From Mobula hypostoma (taxonomy: Eukaryota): a stretch of DNA of 64,000 bases. The position numbers and the translations under genes were made by a program. Where the stretch lies: positions 992,001 to 1,056,000 of the forward strand of contig NC_086109.1 of assembly GCF_963921235.1 (NCBI RefSeq). The letters are read 5' to 3'. Below, in pieces: positions 48,185 to 62,580 of this stretch. Within the stretch, counting starts at the first letter, position 1. Each line of letters opens with the position of its first letter. The notes under the pieces are model-generated. The model made no database searches, had not been told where the DNA came from, and saw only the letters and a list, made by a program, of their open reading frames with translations.

Positions 48185-51100
48185 TTAAATTGTACCACAG
48201 AGGCAAAATTCAAAAGGGCGAAGAATGCAGGACTGAAGATGCTGTTTTCAAATGCACTTCCATTTGGAATAAGGTGGATGAACTCATGGTGCAATTAGCG
48301 ATTGGTCAGTGTGCCATTGTGGACATCACTGAGTCGTGGCTGAAAGGCCGTGGTTGGGAGCTGAACATCGAAGGAAGGACAGGCGGGAAGGCAAAGGCGG
48401 TGGTGTGGCTCTGTCGGTAAGAGATGGAACTACATCTTTAGAAAGAGGTGACATAGGGTCAGAGAATATTGAATCTTTCTGAGTGGAGTGAAGAAACTGC
48501 AATGGTAAAAAAAAAATCATGGAATCATATATAGACCTCCAAATTGTAGCCAGGATGTGGGGTTGAGATTGCAAAGGGAGTTGGAAAGGGCATGTAATAA
48601 GGGAAGTGTCACAATTGTAATGGGGAACTTCAATATGCAAGGCATTGGGAAAATCGTGTTGGTGTCAGATCACGAGAGGGAATTTGTTGAATGCCAACGA
48701 GGTGGCTTTTTCGAGCAGCTTGTGCTTGAGCCTACTTGGGGAAAGGCTGTTTTAGATTGGGTGTTGTGTAATAACCCAGATCTTATTAGGGAGCTTAATG
48801 TAAAAGAACCCTTAGGAGGCAGTGATCATAATATGATTGAATTTGCACTGCAATTTGAGCAGGAGAAGCATAACTCACAAGTATCAATATCTCAATGGAA
48901 TAAAGGGAATTACAGAGACATGAGAGAGGAGCTTGTTCAGGTGGAGTGGAGGAGGATACTGGTGGGGATGGCAGCAGAGCAGAGATGGCTGAAGTTTCTG
49001 GGAATAGTTCACAAGGTGCAGGATAGATATGTCCCACAGAGGAAGAAGTTTTCAAATGGCAGGGGTAGGCAACAGTGGCCGACAAAGTAAGTTAAGGACA
49101 GCATAAAAACCAAGGAAAGAGCATATAAGGTAGCAAAAGTGAGTGGGAAGTTGTATGATTGGGAAGCTTTTAAAATCCAACAAAAGGCAACTGAAAAAGC
49201 TATAAGAAAGGAAAAGATAAAATATAAGGGCAGAGTAGCCAATAATATAAAGCAGGGTACCAGAAGTTTTTCAGTTAGATAAGGAGTAAAAGGGAGGTGA
49301 GAGTTGATATTGGACCACTGGACTATTTACACCTCGGACTTCAACTGCTGCACAGAGTCTTGCCATCTTCAGAAGTTTTCGGATGGCTCTGCCATAGTTG
49401 GATGCATCAGCAAGGGAGATGAGGCTGAGTACAGGGCTATGGTAGGAAACTTTGTCACATGGTGTGAGTAGAATTATCTGCAGCTTAATGTGAAAAAGAC
49501 TAAGGAGCTGGTGGTAGACCTGAGGAGAGCTAAGGCACCGGTGACCCCTGTTTCCATCCAGGGGGTCAGTGTGGACATGATGGAGTATTACAAATACCTG
49601 GGGATGCGAATTGACAATAAACTGGACTGGTCAAAGAACACTGAGGCTGTCTACAAGAAGCGTCAGAGCCGTCTCTATTTCCTGAGGAGACTGAGGTCCT
49701 TTAACATCTGCTGGACGATGCTGAGGATGTTCTACGAGTCTGTGGTGGCCAGTGCAATCATGTTTGCTGTTGTGTGCTGGGGCAGCAGGATGAGGGTAGC
49801 AGACACCAACAGAATCAACAAACTCATTCGTAAGGCCAGTGACGCTGTGGGGATGGAAGTGGACTCTCTGACGGTGGTGTCTGAAAAGAGGATGCTGTCC
49901 AAGTTGCATGCCATCTTGGACAATGTCTCCCATCCACTACATAATGTACTGGGTGGGCACAAGAGTACATTCAGCCAGAGACTCATTCCACCGAGATGTA
50001 GCACAGAGCATCATAGGAAGTCATTCCTGCCTGTGGCCATCAAACTTTACAACTCCTCCCTTGGAGGGTCAGACACCCTGAGCCAATAGGCTGGTCCTGG
50101 ACTTATTTCCTGGCATAATTTACATATTACTATTTAATTATTTATGGTTTTATTACTATTTAATTATCGAGCAACTGTAACGAAAACCAATTTCCCCCGG
50201 GATCAATAAAGTATGACTGTGACTATGGAGAATGATGTTGGTGTGGCAGTAAGGAGGGACAAAGAAATGACAGATGAACTTAATGGGTACTTTGCATCTG
50301 CCTTCACTGTGGAAGACACTAGCAATGTGCCACAGGTCCATGAACGTCAGTGAGCAGGAATGAGTTCCATTGCTATTACAAAGGAAAGAGTGGTAGACTA
50401 AGGTAGATAAGTCACCTGGGCCAGATGGATTACATCCCAGAGTCCTGAGAGAGGTTGCTTGAGAGCTAACAGATCTTTCAAGAATTACTTGATTCTGGCA
50501 TGGTCTCGGAGGACTGGAAAATTGCAAATGTCATACCACTCTTTAAGAAGGGAGGAAGGCAAAAGAAAGGAAATTATAGGCCAGTTAGCCTAGCCTCAGT
50601 GGGTAGGAAATTGTTGGAATCTATTATTGTGGATGAGGTTTCAAGGTTCTTGGAAACTAATGATAAAATAAGTCAATGTCAGCATGGTTTCTGTAAAGGG
50701 AAATCTTGCCTGACAAATCTGTTCGAGTTCTTTGAGGAAGTAGCCAGCAGGGTGGACAAATGAGAAGCAGTGGATGTTATTTACTTCGATTTTCAGAAGG
50801 CATTTGATAAAGTGCCACACATGAGGCTGCTTAAAAAGATAAAATCTTCTGGTGTTATAAGAAAGATACTGGCATAGATAGACGAATGTCTGACAGGCAG
50901 GAGGCAGTGAGTGGGAATAAAGGGGGCCTTTTCTTGTTGGCTGCCAGTGACTAGTGGTGTTCCTCAGGGGTCAATATTGGGACTGCTACTTTTCACATTG
51001 TTTGTCAATGATTTAGATAATTGAATTGATGGCTTTGCTGCAAAGTTTGCGGTTGATACGAACGTAGGTAGAGGGGTAGGTAATGCTGAGGAAGCAATGC

Positions 51101-51226
51101 GATTGCAGCTGGACTTGGACAAATTGAAAGAATGGGCAAAAAAGTGGCAGATGGAATACAGTGTTAGGAAATCTATGATAATGTATTTTGGTAAAAGGAA
51201 CAATCGTGCAGACTATTATCTAAATG
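48185..51226 (+). mobile_element. Decayed CR1 LINE (endonuclease to RT) interrupted by Rex1
   Basis: LDWVLCNNP..EPLGGSDHNMIEF (endonuclease C-terminus); [28 protein letters not shown]. Confidence 0.88.
49321..50225 (+). mobile_element. Rex1/Babar-type LINE 3' fragment nested in CR1
   Basis: KTKELVVDLRR, YKYLGMRIDNKLDWS, RLYFLRRLRSFN; ends GGGATCAATAAAGTATGACTGTGACTA. Confidence 0.85.
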
Positions 51227-51684
51227 AGCCTCTTCTCCCCTCTACCTATTGTTACCTTATCTTTTCTGTACTATGGTGATCAGAACCATATGCACTATTC
51301 TTAACTGTGGTCTAACTAATGTTTTGAATGTCTGCAATATGGCATGCCAGCTCTTACAGTATATTGAAGACTTCTACCTATCAGTCCAGGATACAAATTG
51401 CCTTCTTGAGTGATGTATCCGCCTGCGCCATTTTCAAAAAGCTCTGAACTTGCATCCCAAGGTCTTTCTATAAATCAAATTTCCTGTATATGTCCCGCCT
51501 GAATTTGATTTACCAATTGCATGACCTCACACTTGACTGGATTAAGTTCCATTTCTTATAGCTTTTCCCAGGTTTACAGCTAATTCATGTATCCGTTGAC
51601 ACACCTCTTCACTCTCTGACTACACCAACCTTCCTGTTGTCTACAAACACACTAATCAGAAGTACATTCTCATCCAACTCAATT

Positions 51685-53212
51685 ATACTTATACTTTATA
51701 CTTTATTGTCGCCAAACAATTGATACTAGAATGTACAATCATCACAGCGATATTTGATTCTGTGCTTCCCGCTCCCTGGATTACAAATACTAAATATTAA
51801 AAATAGTAAAAATTAGTAAATATTAAAAATTTAAATTATAAATCATAAATAGAAAATAGAAAAATGGAAAATAAGGTAGTGCAAAAAAACCGAGAGGCAG
51901 GTCGGGATATTTGGAGGGTACGGCCCAGATCCGGGTCAGGATCCATTCAGCAGTCTTATCACAGTTGGAAGGAAGCTGTTCCCAAATCTGTCCGTATGAT
52001 TCTTCAAGCTCCTGAGCCTTCTCCCGGAGGGAAGAGGGACAAAAAGTGTGTTGGCTGGGTGGGTCGTGTCTTTGATTATCCTGGCAGCACTGCTCCGACA
52101 GCGTGTGGTGTAAAGTGAATCCTAGAACGGAAGATTGGTTTGTGTGATGTGCTGCGCCGTGTTCACGATCTTCTGCAGCTTCTTTCGGTCTTGGACAGGA
52201 CAACTTCCATACCAGGTCGTGGTGCACCCTAGAAGAGTGCTTTCTATGGTGCACCTATAAAAATTAGTGAGGGTTTTAGGGAACAGGCCAAATTTCTTTA
52301 GTTTTCTCAGGAAGTAAAGGTGCTGGTGGGCCTTCTTGGCAGTGAACTCTGCTTGGTTGGACCAAGTCAGGTCATCTGTGATATTGACCCCGAGGAACTT
52401 AAAGCTTTTGACCTGTTCCACTTGCGCACCACCGATGTAAATTGGGTCGTGTGGTCCGCTACTCCTTCTGAAGTCAACAACCAATTCCTTCGTCTTGCTG
52501 ACGTTGAGGGATAGGTTATTGTCTTTGCACTATGTCACCAGGTTCTTAATTTCCTCTCTGTACTCAAACTCATCATTACCCGAGATACGGCCTACAATTG
52601 TTGTGTCATCAGCAAACTTATATATTGAGTTTGATGGAAACTTGGCTACACAATCATGGGTGTACAGTGAGTACAGCAGGGGGCTGAGTACACAGCCTTG
52701 TGGGGCACCGGTGCTCAGAGTGATTGTAGAGGAGAGCTTGTCCCCTATTTTTACAGCCTGGGTCCTGTCTGTGAGGAAGTTGAAGATCCAGCTGCAGATC
52801 TGAGTGCTAAGGCCCAGGTTCCGGAGCTTAGGAATCAGTTTATTTGGAATGATGGTATTAAAGGCAGAGCTGTAGTCAATGAAAAGGAGCCTTACGTATG
52901 CATCTTTATTTTCCAGGTGTTCTAAGGAGGAATATAGGGCCAGAGAGATGGCATCTGCCATTGACCTGTTGCTCCGGTAGGCGAATTGCAAAGCGTCGAG
53001 GTTGACCGGTAGGCTGTGGTTGATGTGTGTCATAATCAATCTCTCGAAACACTTCATAACAATTGATGTCAGAGCCACAGGTCGATAGTCATTCAGGCAT
53101 GCCACCTTGCTCTTCTTCAGCACTGGGATAATCGTTGCCTTCTTAAAACATGAGGGGATCTTAGACTGAAGCAAGGAGCAGTTGAAGATGTCAGCAAACA
53201 CTCCAGCTAGCT
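51685..53212 (-). mobile_element. Rex1-type LINE, 5'-truncated
   Basis: ORF 52530-53237 ([38 protein letters not shown]) and ORF 52122-52484; AATAAA plus (AAGTATA)n tail on the minus strand. Confidence 0.9.
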
Positions 53213-53869
53213 GTGACGAGCAACAAAATTCCCACAACTAATCCTTGTGGTACTTCAGTGGTTACAGACTTCCAGTCAGATACACACCCATCTACCCCTC
53301 CCCTCAGTCTCCATCATCCAGACAGTGTTGCCAACACCCTTCAGATCCCTTATACCTTAACCTTCACATGGCACCATATTGAAAACCTATCTCAAGTCCA
53401 AGTAAACTATATCTAGGTCGATTTTCTTAGTCTCAAAAAATCACAATGATTCATTCTAATCAGTACTCCTCTTCTGTCTCTCAGATACTTCTCTAACAGC
53501 TTCCTCACCACTGATGTAATATTCTTGACCTTGTGCCCCCCCTACCGTTTCTTAAAAAAAAGGCTTGAGGGTTTGATTACCTCCTTTTGTTGTCTTCATT
53601 TCTTTCTTATGTTTTCTCATACATCCTCTATAAATGTTCAATGACTTTTTCAATACCAGTCTGTTGAACCTTCAATGTCCTTTGTTTACCAGGGTTCCCC
53701 TAACTTACTAAGGTGACACTAAAATCTTACTGGTTTGTTGTTCAACATCTCCCACTTATCAGATATCATTCCTCCTCGCACACCCCATCTTCCCAAGCAG
53801 CTGCTCCCAATCCACATTGTCTAGGGGAGAGGGAAGAGGAAAGAGAATGAGAATGAAGAAAGGCAGTGG

Positions 53870-54600
53870 AGACAAGAGAAAATCTGCAGATGCTGGAAAT
53901 CCAGGCAACACACCCAAACTGATGGAGGAACACAGCAGGCCAGGCAGCATCTGTGGAAAAGAGTAAACAGTGGTCATTTCAGGCTGAGATCCTTCATCAG
54001 GACTGAATAAAAAGATTAGAAGTTAGTGCCAGAAAGAGGGGAGGGGAGGAAGAAGTACAAGATGCTAGGTGATTGGTGAAACCAGGAGAGAGGGAGGGGT
54101 GAAGTAAAGAGTTGGGAGTTGATTGGTGAAAGAGATAAAGGGCTGGGGAAGGGGGAATCTGATAGGAGAGGATAGAAGACCATGGAAGAGAGGGAAGGGG
54201 GAGGAACACAGGGTGAGGTGATGGGCAAGTAAGGAGATAAGGTGAGAGGGGGAAACAGGAATGGGGAATAATGAAGGGGGGGGTGCAATTTCAAGAAGTC
54301 AATGTTCATGCCATCAGGTTGGAGGCTATCCAGATGGAATATAAGGTGTTGTTCCTCCAACCTGAGTGTGACCTCATTACAATAGTAGAAGAGACCATGG
54401 ACCAACGTGTTGGAATGGGAATGGAAAGTGGAATTGAAATAGGTGGCCACTGGGAGTTCACACTTTTTCTGGTGGGCAGAGCGTAGGTGCTCGGTGAAGT
54501 GGTTTCCCAATCTACATCGGGCCTCACCAATATATAGGAGGCCTCACTGGGAGCACCAGATACAGTATATGACCCCAACAGACTCACAGGTGAAGTGTTG
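53870..54600 (-). mobile_element. Older Penelope-like 3' fragment (GIY-YIG and pLTR) with a degenerate hammerhead at 53969-54004
   Basis: HFTEHLRS..RLEEQHLIFHLDSLQPDGMNIDF; minus-strand AGTC-CTGATGA-AGGATCTCAGCCT-GAAA-TGAC-CACT. Confidence 0.8.
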
Positions 54601-54859
54601 CAGTTCTACAGAAGTGATGACACAATATAGGCAAGGCAGTGAAGAAGGTGTTTTGGCATGTTTGGCTTCATTGGTCGGTATATTCAGTACAAGGATGGAA
54701 CGTCATGTTACTGTTATCAAAGCACTGCACAGAATTCTGGTCATTAACCTGGAGGGAGTGCATAGAAGTTTTACCAGGACTGGATGCCTTGATTTGTAAG
54801 AAATGGCGAGATTGACTGGAGGGTGACTGAAGATTTACAAAATTCTGAATGTTAATATC

Positions 54860-57800
54860 TATACCTGAACACCAGGTACTGTGGTGGGGTGCATGGAGAA
54901 TGACCTAGCAGAGGAAAGTCACAGCTGTCGGGTCTCTGGCACTGGGTCTGGCTCTGTGACTCAGAAAGGAAGGTAGAAGAAGAAGCAAGCTGTGGTGACA
55001 GGGGATCTTATCTTGTCTTATGGGATTCGTAAGTTAGGGGAACAGAAAGGAGGCTCTGTGGACAAGAATAAGATTCCCGGATGGGTGCCAGGGTCTGGGA
55101 ATCTTGGGCCTAGTCCTCAGCATTCTCAAGTCAACAGGCAGAGTTCGTGGTCCAAGTAGGTGCCAATGACATGGGTAGAAAGAGCAACTAAGTCCTGCAT
55201 AGGGAGTTCAGGAAGTGAGGAGCTAAGTTAAAGGGCAGGACTTCCAGGGTTGTGACCTCAGGTTTGCTACCCGTACCATGTGCTAGTGAGGCCAGAACGA
55301 GGAAGATTATTCAGCTTAACACATCGCTAAGGAGTTGGTGTAGGAGGGAGCGTATGAGATTTTTGGATCACTGGGCTCTCTTTCAGGGAAGGTGGGACCT
55401 CTACAGAAAGAACAGTTTGCACCTGAAATGGAGGGGTCTAATATCCTAGTGGGAAGGTTTTTTAATGCTACACGGTGGGGTTTAAACCAGAGTTGCAGGG
55501 GGATGGGAACCACAGTGCCAGAGCAGTTAGTGGAGAGGTTGCAGAGACAAGTTGTTAAGACCTCAGCCATAGTTAGGAGTCAAAAAGTTGACCATGATGC
55601 AACTAGTGTCCTGAGCTGCACAGATTTCAGTGCAAGAGGTATCACAGGAAAGACAGGTGAGCTCAGGGCAAGGGTTACAGATAGGAAGTGTACAGTGTAT
55701 AGGAAAGATAGGAAGGTAGGTAAAGGGGGTAGCGTGGCCCTGATGGTAAGCAACGATATCAAATCACTAGAAAGAAGGGACATAGGATCAGAAGAGGTAG
55801 AATCCTTATGGGTCGAGTTAAGAAATAGCAAGGGTAAAAATAGCAGTTGTATACAGGCCTCCAAACAGCAGCCGGGATGTGGACTACAAGTTACAACTGA
55901 AAATAGAAAAAGTGTGTCAGAAGGAAAATGTCAAGATAATTATGGGGGATTTTAAGATGGATTGGGAAGGTCAAGAAGGTACTGGATCTCAGGAGAGGGA
56001 GTTTGTAGAAATCCTACAGGATGGCTTTTTGGAGCAGCTTGTCCAGAAGCCCACCAGGGGACCGGCTGTTTTGGATTGGGTGCTGTGTAACGAACCTGAG
56101 GCGATTAGGGAGCTGGAGGTAAAGGAACCCCTTGGAAGTAGTGATCATAATATGATTGAGTTCAGTTTCAAATTTGAAAAGGAGAAGGTGGTATCAGATG
56201 TATTGATATTTCAGTGGAACAAAGGAAATTACAGTGGTATGAGAGAGGAACTGGCCCATGTAGATTGGAAAAGTAAGCTAGATGGAGGGACGGTAGAGCA
56301 GAATTGGATGAAATTCCTACAAGAAATGAGGAAAATGCAGGAAAAATATATTTCAAGAAAAAAGAAAATCATGAATGGAAAAATGGCACAAATGTGGCTA
56401 ATGAGAGAGGTTAAGGCTAAAATAAAAGCAAAAGAGACGGCGTACAAGGAAGCAAAAATTAGTGGGAAAACTGAGGACTGGACGACTTTTAAAAACTTAC
56501 AGAAGGAAACTAAGAAAGTCATTAGGAAAGAAAAGATGAATTATGAAAAGAAGTTGGCAATTAACATTAAAAAGGATGCTAAGAGTTTTTTTAAATATAT
56601 GAAGAGTAAAAGAGTGACATGGGTAGATATAGGACCGATTGAAAATTATGCTGGAGAAATTATAATGGGTAACAAAGAGATGGCAGAGGAACTAAATGAG
56701 TATTTTGCATCAGTCTTCACAGTGGAAGACACTAGCAACATACCTGATAGCCAGAGGTATCAGGGAATAGAATTAGGTACAGTCAAGATTACTAGAGAGA
56801 AAGTGCTTGGGAAGCTAAATGGACTAAGAATAGATGAGTCTCCCGGATCAGATGAGGTGCACCCATGGGTTCTGAAAGAGGTGGCTTTGGAGATTGTGGA
56901 GGCCTTGGAAATGATCTTCCAGGAATCAATAGACTCTGGCATGGTTCCAGAGGACTGGAAGGTCGCAAATGTAGTTCTGCTGTTTAAGAAAGGAGGGAGG
57001 CAGCAAAAAGAAAATTACAGACCTATTAGTCTGACATCAGTAGTTGGAAAGTCTATCCTCAAGGAGGAGGTTATGAAATACCTTGAGGTGCATGACAAGA
57101 TAGGCCGAAGCCAACATGGTTTCATGAAGGGAAGATCCTGCCTCACCAACCTATCGGAATTTTTTGAGGTAATCTTGAATAAGATTGACAAGGGAGAGGC
57201 TGTAGATGTTGTGTATTTGGATTTTCAAAGGGCCTTCGATAAGGTGCCACATAAGAGGCTGCTTAATAAGGTGAGAGCCCATGGAATTACAGGGAAGATA
57301 TTGGAATGGGTGGAGCATTGGCTGATAGGCAGAAAGCAAAGGGTGGGAATAAAGGGATCCTATTCTGATCGGTTGCCGGTTATTAGTGGTGTTCCGCAGG
57401 GGTCGGTGTTGGGGCCACTTCTTTTTACAATGTATATCGATGATTTAGATTATGGATTCAATTGTTTTGTGTCTAAGTTTGCGGATGACACCAAGATAGG
57501 TGGAGGAGCAGGAAGTATTGAAGAAACGGAAAGGTTGCAGAGAGACTTGGTCAGTTTAGGAGAGTGGGTAAAGAAATGGCAGATGAGATACAATGTTGAG
57601 AAATGTACAGTTGTACATTTTGGAAGAAGAAATAATTGGGCAGATTATTATTTAGATGGGGAGAAAATTCAAAAATCGGAAGTGCAAAGGGACTTGGGGG
57701 TCCTCGTGCAGGATACCCTAAAGGTTAACCACCAAGTTGGATTGGCGGTAAGGAAAGCGAATGCTATGTTGGCATTAATTTCAAGAGGACTAGTGTATAA

Positions 57801-58410
57801 GAGTAAGGAGGTGTTGGTGAGGCTCTATGGGGCACTGGTGAGACCTCATTTGGAATACTGTGTGCAGTTTTGGGCCCCCTATCTTAGAAGGGATGTTCTA
57901 ATGTTGGAGAGAGTTCAGAGAAGATTTACCAGGATAATTCCTAGAATGCAGGGGCTAACATATGAGGAGCGATTGTCGGCTCTTGGATTGTATTCATTAG
58001 AGTATAGAAGAATGAGAGGGGATCTCATAGAAACATTTCGAATGTTGAAAAGGTTGGACAGAGTAGATGTGGAAAGGCTGTTTCCCTTGGTGGGTGAGTC
58101 CAGGACAAGAAGCCACAGTCTTAGAATAAGAGAATACCCATTTTAAACAGAGATGAGGAGAAATTTTTTTAGCCAGAGGGCAGTGGATTTATGGAATTCG
58201 TTGCCACATTTGGCTGTGGAGGCCCGATCACTGAGGGTGTTTAAGGAGGAGATTGATAAGTATCTAATTAGTCAGAGTATCAAGGGATATGGGGGAAAAG
58301 CCGGAAATTAGAACTAGATGGGAGAATAGTTTAGCTCATGGTGGAGTGGTGGAGCAGATTCGAAGGGCCGAATGGCCTACTTCTGCTCCTTTGTCTTGTG
58401 ATCTTATGAT
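54860..58410 (+). mobile_element. Near full-length CR1 LINE with a long ORF2 remnant (55879-58146, 755 aa)
   Basis: ORF1 remnant (SGLLPVP..FLDHWALFQGRWDLY..LHL); endonuclease [43 protein letters not shown]; tail CTTGTGATCTTATGAT. N-terminus frameshifted, stop at 58146 before the usual end. Confidence 0.95.
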
Positions 58411-61400
58411 TAAGAGCTGGTATTATGATATTGTAGCCATAAGATAGATAGACTTGTTTGCAGGAGGGGCAGGAACTGGCAGCTCAATGACCTGAGGTTC
58501 CATTGTAACAGACCACCCAACAATCCTAGGGATTTAAAGGAACACATTTATAAAGAGATCACAGACTGTTGCAAGGAACATAAGGTTGTGAGAGTAGGTG
58601 ATTTTAAATTTCCGGATATTGACTGGGAATCCCATACTATAAAAGGACTAGATGGGATTGAGTTTGTGAAATATGCTCAGGAAAGTTCCCCTCATCAGTA
58701 CGTGGACGTCCCAACAATAGTGCATGTGATTCTGCATCTGCTACAAATGAACGAGACAGGGTAGGTGACAGAAGTTTGTGTAAGGGAACACTTTGTATCT
58801 GTTGACTACAATGTCATTAGTTACAAAATAAATATGCAAAAAGAAGGGCCTGGTCTGCGGGATGAGATTCTTTTGTATGTTGGAGTAAGGCCAGTTTTGA
58901 TGCTGTCAGAAATGATCTGGCAAGTGTGGATTGGGACAGACTGGTTTCTGGCAAAGGAATACTTGGTAAGTGGAAGGCCTTCAAAAGTGAAATTTAGAGA
59001 ATACAAAACTTGAATATGTCTGTCAGAATAAAAGGTAAAGATAACAATTATAGGGAACCTTAAGAGAGACATAATCTGATTAGGGATAGTCAGCATGGCT
59101 TTGTCAAGGGTGGGTCATGCCTTACAAACCTGATTGAATTCTTTGAGGATGTAACAAAACACATTGATGAAGGTAGGGAAGTGGATGTAGTGTATATGGA
59201 TTTCAGTAAGCCATTTGATAAGGTTCCCCGTGCAAGGCTCAATCAGAAAGTAAGGATGCATGGAATCCAAAGAGACCTTGTTTTGTGGATTCAGAATTAG
59301 CTTGCCCACAGAAGGCAAAGGGTGGTTGTATTTGGTTTGTATTCTGCATAGAGGTGACCAGTGGTGTTCCATACAGATCTGTTCTGAGACTCCTTCTGTT
59401 TGTGATTTTTATAAATGACTTGGATGAGGAAGTAGCAGGGTCGGTTAGTAAGTTTGCTGCTGACACAAAGGTTGGGGGTGTTGTGGATAGTCTGGAGGGT
59501 TGTCAGAGGTTATAGCGGGACATCGATAGGATGCAGAACTGGGCTGAGAAGTGGCAGATGGAGTTCAGCTCAGATAAGTGTGAAGTTGTTTATTTTGGTA
59601 GGTCAAACTAACAACTACCAGCCGACTCAGTGATACCCACAATGTCATACCGACCAATCTCTAATCGCGTCACAGGTTTGTCCACCTTATTCTGAATGCT
59701 TTGTGTATTTAAATACAGAACCTTCAGTCCTGATTTTTCACCCTTATGATTTTGCCTCTGTGGTACAACATAATTCTTTGCTCTGTCTGCAGTTGTACCC
59801 AATCATTGGTCTGTCCTTCCATACATTCGTATTACACCCCAGGGCTGAAGTGGCTAATATGAGGGAGCATAGTTTTAAGGTTTTAAGGAAGTAGGTACAA
59901 GGGCGATGTCAAAAGTAAGTTTTTCACACAGAGAGTGGTGGGTACCTGGATTGCACTGCCAGTGAAGGTGAATGTGGTAGAGGCAGATACAATAGCGTCT
60001 TTTAAGAGACTCTTAGATAGGTACGTGGAGCTTAGAAATATAGCGGTAGGGAAATACTAGTTTCTAGAGTAGGTTACATGGTCAGCACAACTTGGTGGGC
60101 CAAAGGGCATATAATGCACTGTAGATTTCTATATTCTATGTTCTATGTTCTGTTACATCATCTACTTGTAAATCTGTTGGCTCATCCTCAGCTCTATCAT
60201 ACTGGTTCCCATCCCCCTGCCATATTAGTTTAAATCAATCCCAAAAGCTCTAGAAAACCTGCCTGCAAGGATATTGGTCCTCCTCTGATTCAAGTGCAAC
60301 CCATCCCTTTTTGTACAGGTCATACCTGCCCCAGAAGAGGCCCCTGTTATCCAGAAATCTGAATCCCTGGCTCTAGCTCCAATTCTTCAGTCATGCATTT
60401 ATCTGTCGTCTCATTCTATTCCTGTCCTCACTCTCACGTGGCACAGACAGCAATCCCATGATTACTACCCTTGAGGTCCTGCTTCTCAGCTTCCTTCCTA
60501 ACTCTCTGTATTCTGTTTTCAGGACCTCCTCCCATTTTCTACCTACATCATTGGTACCAATATGTACAATGACTTCTGGCTGCTCTCCCTCCCGTTTCAG
60601 GATATTGTGGACACATTCGGAAACATTGCAGACCCGGGCACCTGGAGGCAAACTACCATCTGAGTTTCCTTTTCGCGTCCAATGAATCGCCTATCTATCT
60701 CCTAACTAGACAGTCCCCTATCACTGCTGCCATCCTCTTCAGTTTCCTTTTCACATTGTTAGTCAATGATTTGGTTAATGGAATTAATCACTTATTGGCA
60801 ATGTTTACGGACGATATGAAGATAGGTCGAGGGGTAGATAGTGCTGAAGAAGCTATATGTTTGTAGCAGGACTTAAACAAATTGGAAGAATGGGCAAAAA
60901 AATGGCAGATGGAATACTGTGTATGATTTTGCATTTTGGTAAAAGGAACAATACTGTGGGCTATTACCTAAATGAGGATAAGGTTCAAACATCAGAGGTG
61001 CAGAAGGACTTAGGAGTCCTTGTGCAAGACTCCCAGAAGCTAAATTTACAAGTTGAATTTGTGGTAAAGAAGGCAAATGCAATGTTGGTATTTATTTCAA
61101 GGGAAATAGAATATAAAAACAAGCAGATAATGTCGAGGCTTTATAGACAATATTTAGGCTGCACTTGGATTACTGTCAACAGTTTTGGGCCCCAGATCTC
61201 AGAAAGGATGCATTGTCATTGGAATGAGTCTATGGGAGGATGATTCTGGGAATGAAGGGGTTAACATATGAGCGATGTTCAGCAGCTTTTAGCCAGTTCT
61301 CACTGGAATGTAGAAGAGTGTGGTGGGATCTTATTGAAATCTACCAAAGGTTGAAAGGACTAGATGAGTTGGATGTGGAGAGGATGTTTCCTCTCATGGT

Positions 61401-62580
61401 GGTATCGAGAACTAGAGGACACAGCCTCAAAATTAGAAACATAGAAACACAGAAAAACCACAGCACAATACTGGCCCTTTGGCCCACAATGCCGTGCCGA
61501 ACATGTATTTACTTTAGAAATTACCTTGGGTTACCCATGGCCCTCTCTTTTTCTAAGTTCCATGTACCTATCCACGAGTCTCTTAAAAGACCCTATCATA
61601 TCCACCTCCACCATAGCCATGCTGACTATTCTTAATTATACTATGCCCCTCCAAATGTTCATAAATCCTGCCTCTCTTGATCTTCTCCATCAACTTACCA
61701 ACCACTGAAGTAAGACTCACTGGTCTATAATTTCTTGAGCTATCTCTACTCCCTTTATTGAATAAGGGAACAACATCTGCAACCCTCCAATCCTCCAGAA
61801 TCTCTTCCATCTCCATTGATGATGCAATGATCATTGCCAGAGACTCAGCAATCTCCTCCCTCTCCTCCCACATTTGTTTTCCAAAAGCTCCAGCACATCC
61901 TCTTTCTTAATGTCTATATGCTCAAGCTTTGCAGTCCGCTGTAAGTCGTCCTACAATCGCCAAGGTCCTCTTCCGTAGTGAATACTGAAGCAAAGTAGTC
62001 ATTAAGTACCTCCACTATCTCCTCTGGTTCCATACACACTTTTCCACTGTCACACTTGATTAGTCCTATTCTCTCACATCTTTCCCTCTTGCTCTTCACA
62101 TACTTGTAGAATGCCTTGGGGTTTTCCTTAATCCTGCTTCCTGAGGCCTTCTCATGTCCCCTTCTGGCTCTCCTAATTTCATTCTTAATTTTCTAGTCTT
62201 ATAATTTTCTAGATCTCTATCGTTACCTAGTTTTTGAGCCTTTCGTAAGCTTTTTTTCTCTTCTTGACTAGATTTTCAGCAACGTTTGTACACCATGGCT
62301 TCTGTACACTACCATCCTTTCCCTGTCTCATTGGAATGTACCTTTGCAGAACACCACGCAAACATCCCCCAAATATTTGCAACATTTCTGCTGTACATTT
62401 CCCTGAGAAAATCAGTGGGAAGTCAGAGGATTGGGAAGCTTTTAAAACCCTACAAAGAGCAACTAAAAGGATCATTAGGTGGGAAAAGATGAAATATGAA
62501 AGCAAACTGGCAAACAATATCAAAGTGGATAGTAAAAGCTTTTTCAAGTATGTTAAGAATAAAAGAAAGATGAGAGTGGA
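58410..62580. mobile_element. Mosaic of interleaved CR1 fragments on both strands
   Basis: Plus-strand RT pieces at 59100-59590, 59837-60150 and 60745-61435; minus-strand ORF1/EN pieces at 59590-59836 and 60150-60740 (EQPEVIVHIGTND); minus-strand ORF2 at 61610-62400. Confidence 0.8.

Noticed and set aside
55879..58146. 755-aa RT ORF as an active or domesticated gene
   Set aside because: The endonuclease N-terminus is frameshifted and partly deleted, the ORF stops early, and ORF1 is decayed. It is an ordinary CR1 copy.
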